Part shown: positions 50,330 to 58,885 of the stretch, piece by piece
How positions within the stretch are numbered: position 1 is the stretch's first letter
Layout of the letters: each line of letters opens with the position of its first letter
Origin: Christensenellales bacterium
GTDB lineage: Bacteria > Bacillota > Clostridia > Christensenellales > SZUA-584
Direction: 5' to 3'
Assembly (NCBI GenBank): GCA_040768905.1
Contig: JAXGMA010000001.1
Location: 1,619,806 to 1,683,805, forward strand
Length of the DNA: 64,000 bases
The notes under the pieces: generated by a model
The model's database searches: none
Told to the model about the DNA's origin: nothing
What the model saw: only the letters and a program-made list of their open reading frames with translations
Made by a program: the position numbers and the translations under genes

Positions 50330-50755
50330 ATGATCAGAGTTTATATCACTGTGCAGGATGTCTGTATAGAAAGGTGCCTTCGGCGGACAGCCGTCAAGGC
50401 CGCGCGCGCAGCCGCCAAATACGAAGGCAATGCCGGCAGTGTTTCGCTGATGTTTACCGATAACACGGGAATACACAGCCTCAACAAAATCTACCGCAAG
50501 CATGACGCGCCGACCGATGTGCTCTCGTTCCCCTCGGATGAAGCGGGCTTTCTTGGCGATATCGCCATTTCTCTGCCGCGTGCACAAACACAGGCCGACG
50601 AATACGGCCACGGGCTGCAGCGCGAGGTGGCTTTTCTAATTGTGCACGGCATGCTGCATCTTTTTGGTTATGATCACAACACTGAAACGGAGGAAACCGC
50701 CATGCGCGCCCGTCAGCGCGAGATACTTAGAATAGCGGGGTTTATAAGAACATGA
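50330..50755 (+). CDS. ybeY: rRNA maturation endoribonuclease YbeY
   Basis: The zinc motif HGMLHLFGYDH is present. Confidence 0.92.
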   Translation: MIRVYITVQDVCIERCLRRTAVKAARAAAKYEGNAGSVSLMFTDNTGIHSLNKIYRKHDAPTDVLSFPSDEAGFLGDIAISLPRAQTQADEYGHGLQREVAFLIVHGMLHLFGYDHNTETEETAMRARQREILRIAGFIRT

Positions 50756-51147
50756 CATATAAAAGGCTGCTGGAGCAGGCAAAAGAGGCCAAATCGGGCG
50801 CATATGCCCCGTATTCGCGTTTTCACGTCGGCGCAGCTTTGCTCTGCGCAAACGGCCGCGTATATACCGGCGCAAATATCGAAAACGCTTCTTACAGCGT
50901 CACGTGCTGTGCAGAACGGGTGGCTCTTTTCAAAGCTGTCAGCGAGGGTGAAAGAGCATTTTTAGCGATCGCCGTCACTTCCGACTCGGATAAACCGACC
51001 TATCCGTGCGGCGTTTGCCGCCAGGCGCTCAGTGAATTCTCGCCCCGGATGGATGTGATAGCGGCTGATGGTGCGCTGGATCACCAGACCACGACACTGG
51101 ATTCGCTGCTTCCCTGCGCGTTTTCCGGTAAGGATATGGAGAAATAA
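50752..51147 (+). CDS. cdd: Cytidine deaminase
   Basis: CAERVALF and PCGVCRQ zinc-binding motifs in a 131-aa protein. Confidence 0.92.
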   Translation: MTYKRLLEQAKEAKSGAYAPYSRFHVGAALLCANGRVYTGANIENASYSVTCCAERVALFKAVSEGERAFLAIAVTSDSDKPTYPCGVCRQALSEFSPRMDVIAADGALDHQTTTLDSLLPCAFSGKDMEK

Positions 51148-51149
51148 AA

Positions 51150-52037
51150 TTGGAACACAGATCAGCTTTTATTGCGATAATCGGCAGGCCAAATGTGGGC
51201 AAATCCACACTTGTCAACAGCCTTGTGGGTGAAAAGGTCGCCATCGTTTCAAAAAAACCGCAGACAACGCGCAGCCGCATATCAGGCATTTTGACTGGCC
51301 AGGGCTATCAGATCGTTTTTCTTGATACACCCGGCCTGCATGCCCCGAAAAACAGGCTCGGCGAATTTATGGTAAAGACCGCTTATGAAGCGGCACGCGA
51401 TGTGGAAGCCGTGGTCTTCGTCTGCGATGCGCAGCGCGGCGTCGGGCCGGAGGATATCGATATACTGCAGAAAATGCTGCGAAGCGGCACACCCTTGATC
51501 GCGGCTGTCAATAAAACGGATGCAGCAGGCAGCCAGGGCAGCACACAGGCTGCTCAGCTACTGGCAGAAGCCGGGCTTGATTCAAAGCCGTACCTGATAT
51601 CCGCCAAAAACGGCGACGGCGTTGGCGAGCTCAAAGAGGCGTTGATGCAGTTTTTGGTGCCGGGCCCCAAGTACTACCCTGATAACCAGCCAAGCGACCA
51701 ACCCGAAAGAATCATAGCGGCTGAAATGATACGCGAAAAGGCGCTTGCGATGCTGCGCGAGGAAGTTCCCCACGGGATCGGCGTTTCGATCATGCATATC
51801 GGCAAACGCGAAGACAAGGATATCGTTGACGTGCAGGCCACCATCATCTGCGAGCGTGCAAGCCACAAGGGCATCATCATCGGAAGCGGAGGGCGTATGC
51901 TCAAACGTATCGGCAGCGCCGCAAGGCAGGATCTTGAGATGCTTTTTTGCTCCAAGGTGTTTCTTGAACTTTGGGTCAAGGTGGAAGAGGGCTGGCGCGA
52001 CAGCACGCGCGTGATGCGCGAGCTCGGTTACGAATGA
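51150..52037 (+). CDS. era: GTPase Era
   Basis: GRPNVGKSTL, DTPG and NKTD motifs plus a KH domain. The start is TTG. Confidence 0.96.
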   Translation: MEHRSAFIAIIGRPNVGKSTLVNSLVGEKVAIVSKKPQTTRSRISGILTGQGYQIVFLDTPGLHAPKNRLGEFMVKTAYEAARDVEAVVFVCDAQRGVGPEDIDILQKMLRSGTPLIAAVNKTDAAGSQGSTQAAQLLAEAGLDSKPYLISAKNGDGVGELKEALMQFLVPGPKYYPDNQPSDQPERIIAAEMIREKALAMLREEVPHGIGVSIMHIGKREDKDIVDVQATIICERASHKGIIIGSGGRMLKRIGSAARQDLEMLFCSKVFLELWVKVEEGWRDSTRVMRELGYE

Positions 52038-52038
52038 C

Positions 52039-52776
52039 ATGGGCGAACTGCGGCAGTCGCTGTCCCTGGTATTAAGGACAGCGGATTATAAAGACAACGA
52101 TAAGATCATCACACTGCTGACCAAAAACTACGGACGCATGTCCGCGAAGGTACGCGGCGCAAAAAAGCAGACCTCCAAACTGTTTCCGGCCTCTTCGCTG
52201 TTTTGCTGCGGCGATTACACCTTCTACGAGAAAAGTGGCCGCTACGGTGTCAAGAGCTGTGAAGTCAAATCTGTTTTTTTTAATCTCCGGCACGATTATG
52301 ACGCTTTTTCGGCAGCGTGTTTGATCACAGACGCTGTGGATAAGATCGCGCAGGAGGACAACGTCTCCCCCGGCCTGTTTTCACTGACTGTGCATGCGCT
52401 GTATGCGCTTGACACCGCAGCAGCGCCGCCGCGCACAGTCATCTGTTACTTTTTGCAGCGTCTCCTTTTTATCGAAGGCGTGTACCCGTGTCTTTTTGCC
52501 TGCGTATCCTGCGGTGCGCCGCAGAAATCGGGCGGTTTCTCTGCTTCTCTCGGAGGCATCGTCTGCCCGGACTGCGATAAACCCTATGACAGCATACCCA
52601 TTGATGAAGCCTTTGTCACGGCATTGCGCAGCTTGGCGCGCACAGCGCCTGCGGACATCGGCAGCCTTGCGTTGGATGAGGATATGTCGCAGCGAATGAG
52701 CAAAGCGCTCATCGTATACCTTGAGCACGTATTGCAAAAGCCTTTAAAAACGGCGCGGTTCATCAAGGAGGGGTAG
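52039..52776 (+). CDS. recO: DNA repair protein RecO
   Basis: It has an OB-fold N-terminus and the zinc motif CVSCG...CPDC. Confidence 0.88.
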   Translation: MGELRQSLSLVLRTADYKDNDKIITLLTKNYGRMSAKVRGAKKQTSKLFPASSLFCCGDYTFYEKSGRYGVKSCEVKSVFFNLRHDYDAFSAACLITDAVDKIAQEDNVSPGLFSLTVHALYALDTAAAPPRTVICYFLQRLLFIEGVYPCLFACVSCGAPQKSGGFSASLGGIVCPDCDKPYDSIPIDEAFVTALRSLARTAPADIGSLALDEDMSQRMSKALIVYLEHVLQKPLKTARFIKEG

Positions 52777-52854
52777 CTTTTTGCTTGTTTTACCCCCCGG
52801 AAAGACATGTTTTTACCATGAGAAAATGAACGTATTGAAACTGGCTCAGAATTA

Positions 52855-52883
52855 TTGACATCAGCGCATACTTGTGATAAAAT
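52855..52883 (+). promoter_or_regulatory. Candidate promoter of the tRNA cluster
   Basis: TTGACA (52855-52860), a 17-nt spacer, then TAAAAT (52878-52883) with an upstream TG (extended -10). Confidence 0.55.
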
Positions 52884-52931
52884 TCCGTCTTGTCGGCTGC
52901 TTGATTTACATTGAGCTGCGGCAGGGATTGG

Positions 52932-53008
52932 GCGCCTGTAGCTCAGCAGGATAGAGCAACGGCCTTCTAAGCCGTGTGCCCGGGGTTCGAGTCCCTGCAG
53001 GCGCGCCA
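52932..53008 (+). tRNA. tRNA-Arg (anticodon TCT), CCA encoded
   Basis: Cloverleaf GCGCCTG/TA/GCTC..GAGC/ACGGC-CTTCTAA-GCCGT/.../CAGGCGC-G-CCA. Confidence 0.88.
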
Positions 53009-53013
53009 AACAT

Positions 53014-53091
53014 GGTGGGTATAGCTCAGTAGGTTAGAGCGCCAGGTTGTGGCCCTGGAGGCCGTGGGTTCAAATCCCACTACTCACCCCA
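53014..53091 (+). tRNA. tRNA-His (anticodon GTG) with encoded G-1, CCA encoded
   Basis: Anticodon arm CCAGG-TTGTGGC-CCTGG. An extra 5' G pairs with discriminator C. Confidence 0.88.
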
Positions 53092-53104
53092 TTATGCCAT
53101 ACAT

Positions 53105-53179
53105 TGGGGTGTAGCCAAGCGGTAAGGCACGGGACTTTGACTCCCGCATTCGTAGGTTCAAATCCTGCCACCCCAGCCA
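53105..53179 (+). tRNA. tRNA-Gln (anticodon TTG), CCA encoded
   Basis: Acceptor TGGGGTG/CACCCCA and anticodon arm CGGGA-CTTTGAC-TCCCG. Confidence 0.88.
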
Positions 53180-53189
53180 ATACAGATTT

Positions 53190-53265
53190 GACCCATTAGC
53201 TCAGTTGGTAGAGCACTTGACTTTTAATCAAGGTGTCCCGCGTTCGAGTCGCGGATGGGTCACCA
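53190..53265 (+). tRNA. tRNA-Lys (anticodon TTT), CCA encoded
   Basis: Acceptor GACCCAT/ATGGGTC and anticodon arm CTTGA-CTTTTAA-TCAAG. Confidence 0.9.
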
Positions 53266-53451
53266 TTTTAGCCCTTTAAGCAGCGGAAAAACCGTTGTTT
53301 AAGGGGTTGTTATTTTAATTAGCTTAAGATTATATTGTTTGTCGCTATTTATGCCACTACATCCATTCAAACTATTAAGCCTATTTAGATGCAAAATTCG
53401 AGTCAAACCTATTATAAAAGCTTGTTCACATTTAATACTCTATTTCCTATT

Positions 53452-53471
53452 GGATGGATGGATGGATGGAT
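53452..53471. repeat. Tetranucleotide microsatellite (GGAT)x5
   Basis: The intergenic sequence reads GGATGGATGGATGGATGGAT. Confidence 0.95.
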
Positions 53472-53513
53472 AATTACGTGTTGTCGCTATGCTGCTATGC
53501 CCCAGACTTTTGC

Positions 53514-54344
53514 TTACTTGGGAAGCTTTTTCTTAAAAACCCTACATAAGAATGCGTAGACTGAAAAAACAATTGATTCATCAATACGGTATGGACTGCT
53601 AATTTGACGTTCTAATTCACTTATCATATGAATAATGAATCGAATCCTCGCTTCAATTTCATTTAATGGTACTTCAGACCAATCATAACTATCATCTATA
53701 CATAGAATACGAGACAACCCATGATAATGATTAAACGCTTCAAGCATAGAATTTTTTTTATTGTTTGAGTCGTCAACATTCATAAAATGTTGGGCAGTAT
53801 AAAATAAACTACGTGTTCTTGCATTAAAAAACTGCCTCTTTGAATAAGAAAAACCGTTATAAATAATAATTTCATCCCAATTAAAAGAGGTTGTATTTAT
53901 GCTAAGTTTGTTTAAAATTTCGTTATATACGTGATCATGATTATATTCAAATCCGTAAAGATGAATTGGTTTTAATTCAACATTAAAAACTTCATGTATT
54001 GCTTCTATAAAAAATGCCATAGTTTCAATTAAGTAATAGTAATGAATATGCAAATATTTCAACTCTCTTCTTCTAATTCTTTCTTTATTATAAAAAGCAA
54101 TGAAATAAGTCGTAAAACAAACAGAGAGAATAAATATTTGAAATTGTTTAAGGGCTGCTATAAAATTTGCATAATTACCAAATAAATAAAACACAAAAAC
54201 AGCTAGTAAAACTAATGCAAAAATAGGCGACATCATTATTAGTTCATATACTGCTCTACAAAAAAATCTAATTATTCTGCTACATATCAATAAAAGACGA
54301 TATATTATTCTTTTCATACAATTAGTCCCCATTTTTCTAAGCAT
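53514..54344 (-). CDS. Orphan hypothetical membrane-anchored protein in an AT-rich islet
   Basis: 276-aa ORF with very AT-rich codon usage, unlike its neighbours. It has two or three N-terminal hydrophobic helices and a helical soluble domain of about 190 aa. No family is recognised. Confidence 0.45.
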   Translation of the reverse strand: MLRKMGTNCMKRIIYRLLLICSRIIRFFCRAVYELIMMSPIFALVLLAVFVFYLFGNYANFIAALKQFQIFILSVCFTTYFIAFYNKERIRRRELKYLHIHYYYLIETMAFFIEAIHEVFNVELKPIHLYGFEYNHDHVYNEILNKLSINTTSFNWDEIIIYNGFSYSKRQFFNARTRSLFYTAQHFMNVDDSNNKKNSMLEAFNHYHGLSRILCIDDSYDWSEVPLNEIEARIRFIIHMISELERQISSPYRIDESIVFSVYAFLCRVFKKKLPK

Positions 54345-54605
54345 ATTATATTTTTTTTCTACTAATAATGCAAATTTGGATTATTAGTATATTTAAATTA
54401 TAATTGAAAATATTTTCAAACCGCTATACTCCCGGACTCTTTCATTTTATTTTTGCTTTGCCGTTACAACAGTCTTTCTTATGCAAAAATGCGCAGCAAA
54501 ACTGCCCAATGAGGAAAAGCCATGTTATAATGCACTTAATAGCATCGTGTTTAAAAACTGTCGATAAAAAAAAGAATGAATCAGCCTAAAAAACGCATCG
54601 CATAA

Positions 54606-55277
54606 TTTGGTTTCTGTACGGTATCCTTTTGGAAACGCACCCTCTTTAATATTATCAAAAAAATTTTAAAAGACTGGGCACACTGCTGCGCTGTATGCTT
54701 CTTTCCATATTATGTTATTTATGACCAGGAAGAGCGTTCATATGTCAGCTTACACTTTTCGGAGAGTACCTACCTGCTTAGTGTTGCACGCAACATAAGC
54801 GGCGATCCCGATGTTTCCAAAGGGCAGCTCCAATGATGGGAATTTGAGGAGTTTTATACCTACAGCTATGCTTATACACAAGATGGGTTCATACTCAACA
54901 TCGAGGGGCATGACGAAAATTACATAGTCACCATTGACGGTTTTGCGTCAGCGCAAATCACGCATATCGAGTCAAACGACACCATACTGTATTACAGAGA
55001 CCTTTCATTCATTGCAGCAGAAGACACCTGCCAACCATCAAACCCGGCTGTCGGTGCATGGCATTATGAAGGACGCATTATCCGGCTCAACGCGGACTTT
55101 TCAGCGACTCTTGAGCGCGGTGACACAACGGTTTACGGAACATACACTTTTGACGATATCACCATGAAGGGGATACTCACGCTTGTTTCCGCGGATATAG
55201 TACGAGACTTCAACATAAGCATGTCTGCAGGTACGCTATATTTGGAAGATATACCCTACACGCCTTACGTTGAGTAA
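54606..55277 (+). pseudogene. Decayed gene: long open frame with no start codon and an in-frame TGA at 54834-54836
   Basis: The single frame reads ...YYVIYDQEERSYVSLHFSESTYLLSVARNISGDPDVSKGQLQ*WEFEEFYTYSYAYTQDGFILNIEGHDENYIVTIDGF...LYLEDIPYTPYVE*. It has coding-like composition but no ATG/GTG/TTG near its 5' end. Confidence 0.5.
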
Positions 55278-55418
55278 AAAATGCCATCGATATCTGATGC
55301 CGCGGTATCGGCGGCAATGCCTGCAGACAAGGAGAAGAATATGTCAGTCACGAATGCTGAGGCAAAAAGCTTTTTTCCTGATCAAAGCCAGACTCGGTCT
55401 TGACAATGATTGGAGTAA

Positions 55419-57395
55419 ATGTTTAAATTGTATCAGATTATGAAAGAGAAATTGTTGAAATTCTTCCTGAGGCTGCTGAAACTTGACCCCATTAAGGATC
55501 TTGATACTGCGCATATCGTAACCGACAGCGAGGGCAATGGCTCAGAAAACAGCCTCGGCGGTGCTGAATCTGCCATCGAAACAGATAGCGTGGGCGATGG
55601 CTCAGAAAACAGCCTCGACGATACTGAAGCTGCCGCCGAAGCAGACAGCGCGGAAGATGGCTCAGAAAACAGCCTCGGCGGTGCTGAACCTGCCGCTGAA
55701 GCAGAAACTCCTGCTGCTAAAGACAGTCAGCCATTGACAAAGGCCAAAGAAAAATCCGGCAAGCGCTGGAGCAAAAAAAAGATTGTTTTCCTTAGTGCTG
55801 CGGCTCTCCTCGTACTGCTGCTTATCGGAACCGGCACATGGGCTTATTCCATTTGGGAAGACCCGATGGCACAGTTCAAAAATGTGGCAGAGCAAATCAC
55901 AACACCGCCTCCGACTGCGGCTCATTCCACTGATACCCCAACGGATCCAACACCCGAGCCCACCATCGACCCCTATGAGGCATTACTGGCGCAAGCCGAT
56001 ACAGGCTTTTTAAAAGACATCGTCAACATCATGCTGATCGGAGTCGATCATTCTGAAGAGCGTCAAACATGGAGAGGAAAAAAAGCCTTCCACAGCGACG
56101 TGATGATCGTGCTGTCTGTCAATAAAAACACCGGCGCTGCCAACATGATCTCACTGCCGCGCGACACCTATGCCAAGATCCCCGGTGTCAAGGGCATCTA
56201 TAAGCTCAATGCGTCTATCGACTGCGGCGGCGGCTGGCCCACCGAAGGCGGTTTTAATAAAGTCTGCGAGGCGGCGCAATGGATGCTGGGCGGCATCCCG
56301 GTGGATTACTATTACGCGGTAGACATGAATGCAGTGAAGAGCCTGGTGGATGTCATCGGCGGCGTCCATGATTTTGATGTAGAAATGAGTTTTAAGATGC
56401 AGGGGCGCTCCTACTCCAAAGGCGTGCAGGATATGGACGGCCAGGCCGTGCTGGATTACCTGCGCGTGCGCAAGGGTGTTTCGGAAGCGGGCGACTTAAA
56501 CCGCATCGCCCGACAGAAAAAAATGCTGGTTGCGATATTTGAAGAAATCAAGCAGAAAGGAATGCTGACAAGTATCCCTGCGCTGCTGGATGCATTTGAC
56601 GGCAATCTCTATACTAACACAACGTTTGCGCAAACGGCGGCGCTGGCGGCCTTTGCCTACAACGTGTCCCCCGAAAGCATCGGCATGTATTCGATGGGCG
56701 GAAAATACAACTATGGGATATTCAACTGGAACTTTGTGCTGACTGACCAGAATGCCCGCGTCAAGCTGATCAAGAAGATATACGGCGTTGATGTGGAAAA
56801 GTACGGCGAGTATTCTTCCGCGGCAGCCATTGCAAAATGGAACCGGATGCAGCTGCCCGTGGTCAGAGCCGGTGCATCCAGTGTACTCTCCAGTGTCAAG
56901 ACCAGGCTTGATGCGGATGCAAAACTGCCCATATATGGCGAACCCACGCCCACGCCAAAACCCACCCCGGAGCCAACACCAGTTCCGCCCGAACCAACGC
57001 CGGATCCAACGCCCGATCCAACGCCGGATCCAACGCCCGATCCAACGCCCGATCCAACGCCCGATCCGCCCGAACCCACAGACGAGCCGACAAGCACGCC
57101 GGAAAGCTCCGGAGACCCTCTGGCGCTGTTGAGTGCACACGGCGCTGTCAGTGTGCGTATATCGCTCTTATCTTCGGGCATACCATCCGGATATCGCCAG
57201 TTTCTGCCCGCTGGCAAGGAGTGGGCGCTGTACAATAAGACAAAAAGCGGCCTTGACTCACTGACGGCCAACACCGACAAGATCGAGCAGCTCAAGGCCG
57301 ATATTGGAGCTCTGTGCAAAATGTTCTCCATCCGCCTTCCCAATTGGAGGGTGAATTATGAAAGCAGCAACGAGATCAAAGTCGATTTCCGGTAA
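55419..57395 (+). CDS. LytR-CpsA-Psr (LCP) family cell-wall glycopolymer ligase with repeat-rich termini
   Basis: It has a cytoplasmic N-terminus with three 20-aa repeats, a single TM segment and an LCP core (IMLIGVDHSEERQ...SDVMIVLSVN...ISLPRDTY). A C-terminal domain follows a PTPDPTPDP repeat linker. Confidence 0.85.
   Translation: MFKLYQIMKEKLLKFFLRLLKLDPIKDLDTAHIVTDSEGNGSENSLGGAESAIETDSVGDGSENSLDDTEAAAEADSAEDGSENSLGGAEPAAEAETPAAKDSQPLTKAKEKSGKRWSKKKIVFLSAAALLVLLLIGTGTWAYSIWEDPMAQFKNVAEQITTPPPTAAHSTDTPTDPTPEPTIDPYEALLAQADTGFLKDIVNIMLIGVDHSEERQTWRGKKAFHSDVMIVLSVNKNTGAANMISLPRDTYAKIPGVKGIYKLNASIDCGGGWPTEGGFNKVCEAAQWMLGGIPVDYYYAVDMNAVKSLVDVIGGVHDFDVEMSFKMQGRSYSKGVQDMDGQAVLDYLRVRKGVSEAGDLNRIARQKKMLVAIFEEIKQKGMLTSIPALLDAFDGNLYTNTTFAQTAALAAFAYNVSPESIGMYSMGGKYNYGIFNWNFVLTDQNARVKLIKKIYGVDVEKYGEYSSAAAIAKWNRMQLPVVRAGASSVLSSVKTRLDADAKLPIYGEPTPTPKPTPEPTPVPPEPTPDPTPDPTPDPTPDPTPDPTPDPPEPTDEPTSTPESSGDPLALLSAHGAVSVRISLLSSGIPSGYRQFLPAGKEWALYNKTKSGLDSLTANTDKIEQLKADIGALCKMFSIRLPNWRVNYESSNEIKVDFR
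55524..55703 (+). repeat. Three tandem 60-bp coding repeats (20-aa units D-S-x-G-x-GSENSL-x-x-x-E-x-A-x-E-x)
   Basis: The units start at 55524, 55584 and 55644. They share the core ATGGCTCAGAAAACAGCCTCG. Confidence 0.9.
56991..57074 (+). repeat. Tandem 12-bp coding repeat (GATCCAACGCCS)n encoding (PTPD)n
   Basis: About six or seven consecutive units encode PEPTPDPTPDPTPDPTPDPTPDPTPDPPEP. Confidence 0.9.
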
Positions 57396-57468
57396 GCAAA
57401 AAACTCTGTCCGCCCGGCTCCGGAAGCGACAGTCAGCCCTGTTGAAATATCCACTGCGAAAAAATTCA

Positions 57469-57732
57469 TTATTTGTCTGCTTTTTTGGCTAATGACTTCT
57501 CCAGATTTTGCATCTTTTTATTTCTGAAGAACAGTTTGATCCTTTTCCAAAAAACGCCGACTGCAACACCGCTCGCTATGACGACGCCGGCAACGATCTG
57601 TACAATATAGGATGTAGCGGCGGGGTCAATATAGGCATACGCCGTGGTAGAGAGCATGAGCGTCATCAACATAAAATAAACGATAAAAACCCCGAAATTC
57701 TGTAAAGCTCTTTTCATTTTTTCCTCCATCAA
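57469..57732 (-). CDS. Small hypothetical membrane protein (2 TM) at the distal end of the phosphonate operon
   Basis: 87-aa ORF with two hydrophobic segments and a basic C-terminus. It lies 3 nt after the reductase gene. Confidence 0.4.
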   Translation of the reverse strand: MMEEKMKRALQNFGVFIVYFMLMTLMLSTTAYAYIDPAATSYIVQIVAGVVIASGVAVGVFWKRIKLFFRNKKMQNLEKSLAKKADK

Positions 57733-57735
57733 TGT

Positions 57736-58872
57736 TTATAAAAGATTCTTTAAAATTTTAATCACTGATTCCCGTTCCATTGGAAAAGGATTATTATCCA
57801 TACGCCCAAGTGTAAAAGCTTCTTGAGCGATACCGTCAATCATATGATCAAAGATCCCAAAAGCCGAAAGCCTAAGTTCCTGGATCCCCCGCGTGACACC
57901 GTTTAGCCATGTATCGAACCCCTCGGCACTGCCGAAAAGCCTTATGATTTCTGTCAGTTCAGGCACAGCCTCTGCGTTGATTTTTATCATCGCAGAAAGC
58001 GTGATGGCTGCCGCGAAACCATGTTCGACGCCGTGATTCAATGTCAGCGGGTATGAAATGCTGTGGCATGCGGTCGTTTTTGTCATTGAAAAAGCCAGCC
58101 CTGCCAGTAAAGAACCCAGGCACATCTCTTTTCTGGCTTCCGGGTCATCCGCGCCGTCAAGGGCAGAAGGCAAAGCGCACTTGATGCACTCGACAGCATG
58201 AAGGGCAAGCGCCTGAGAAAGCGGGTTCCTCTTCCGCGCCCAGAAAGCTTCCATCGCGTGGCTCAACGCATCAAGCCCGGTCGAGAGCGTCAGCCTTGGC
58301 GGCATGCTTTTTGTCAGCTCAGGGATCATAAACGCGTACTTGGGAAAACATCCGGGATGTTCGACAGACAGCTTTTTTCTGTACTTAAAATCCCAGATCG
58401 TGGCCCATTTTGTCACTTCCGATCCGGTACCGGCCGTGGTGGGCACTGCGATTATACCGGGCGGCTCATAGCCTTGAAAAAATGACTTATGCGCGATCGC
58501 CTCCAAGATGCCTTCGTAATCAAGGCCGTGCGTATTCGCCAACCCCTGCAGCGCGGCGATTGCTTTGGCAAGGTCGATACAGCTGCCCCCGCCGATTGCA
58601 AGGATACAATCATATTTATCGGCGCTGCGATGCAGTTTCAAAAAGCCAAGGACATCATCCACAGACGGGTTTGGCCGAATATCGCTGAAAATGCGGTTCT
58701 TTTTCTGCTTTGTGAAGCGGCCGAAATCTTCATACGCTTCTAAGCGTTTCAATGTGCCTTGGCTGGCCATGATCATCACGCGCTTGTCCGCCATGCAAGA
58801 CAGCTGCTCCAACAAAACCGGCATAGAGGTAAAACGTATATCCACAGGTGAAAATGGCTGATATTGCATCAT
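57736..58872 (-). CDS. Iron-containing (group III) alcohol dehydrogenase, probable phosphonoacetaldehyde reductase
   Basis: It has the Fe-ADH motifs AIGGGSCIDLAKA and PTTAGTGSE plus a His-rich metal site (LDALSHAMEAF, ACHSISYPL). It is located directly after the PEP mutase and phosphonopyruvate decarboxylase genes. Confidence 0.72.
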   Translation of the reverse strand: MMQYQPFSPVDIRFTSMPVLLEQLSCMADKRVMIMASQGTLKRLEAYEDFGRFTKQKKNRIFSDIRPNPSVDDVLGFLKLHRSADKYDCILAIGGGSCIDLAKAIAALQGLANTHGLDYEGILEAIAHKSFFQGYEPPGIIAVPTTAGTGSEVTKWATIWDFKYRKKLSVEHPGCFPKYAFMIPELTKSMPPRLTLSTGLDALSHAMEAFWARKRNPLSQALALHAVECIKCALPSALDGADDPEARKEMCLGSLLAGLAFSMTKTTACHSISYPLTLNHGVEHGFAAAITLSAMIKINAEAVPELTEIIRLFGSAEGFDTWLNGVTRGIQELRLSAFGIFDHMIDGIAQEAFTLGRMDNNPFPMERESVIKILKNLL

Positions 58873-58885
58873 GTGGCCTTTCTCC

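Noticed and set aside
53272-53320. An imperfect hairpin (CCCTTTAAGCA...TGTTTAAGGGG plus a T-rich tail) after tRNA-Lys, considered as the terminator of the tRNA operon.
   Set aside because: The stem contains mismatches that I could not resolve confidently by eye. It is plausible but not well enough supported to list as a feature.
54404-54589. A 61-aa plus-strand ORF in the AT-rich islet.
   Set aside because: It has no RBS and no recognisable motif, and it lies in the probable promoter region of the 276-aa gene. Its composition is consistent with a chance ORF in AT-rich DNA.
54834-54836. An in-frame TGA in the 54606-55277 frame, which might indicate TGA recoding (Trp/Sec or an alternative genetic code).
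   Set aside because: TGA clearly functions as a stop for conserved genes in this window, for example lepA and rluD. No SECIS-like hairpin is apparent, and the frame also lacks a start codon. Pseudogenisation is the simpler explanation.
55524-55703. Regularly spaced 60-bp repeats that could superficially suggest a CRISPR-like array.
   Set aside because: The repeats are directly tandem with no unique spacers. They lie in frame inside the LCP gene and encode a 20-aa peptide repeat. No cas genes are present, and no CRISPR array is seen anywhere in the window.
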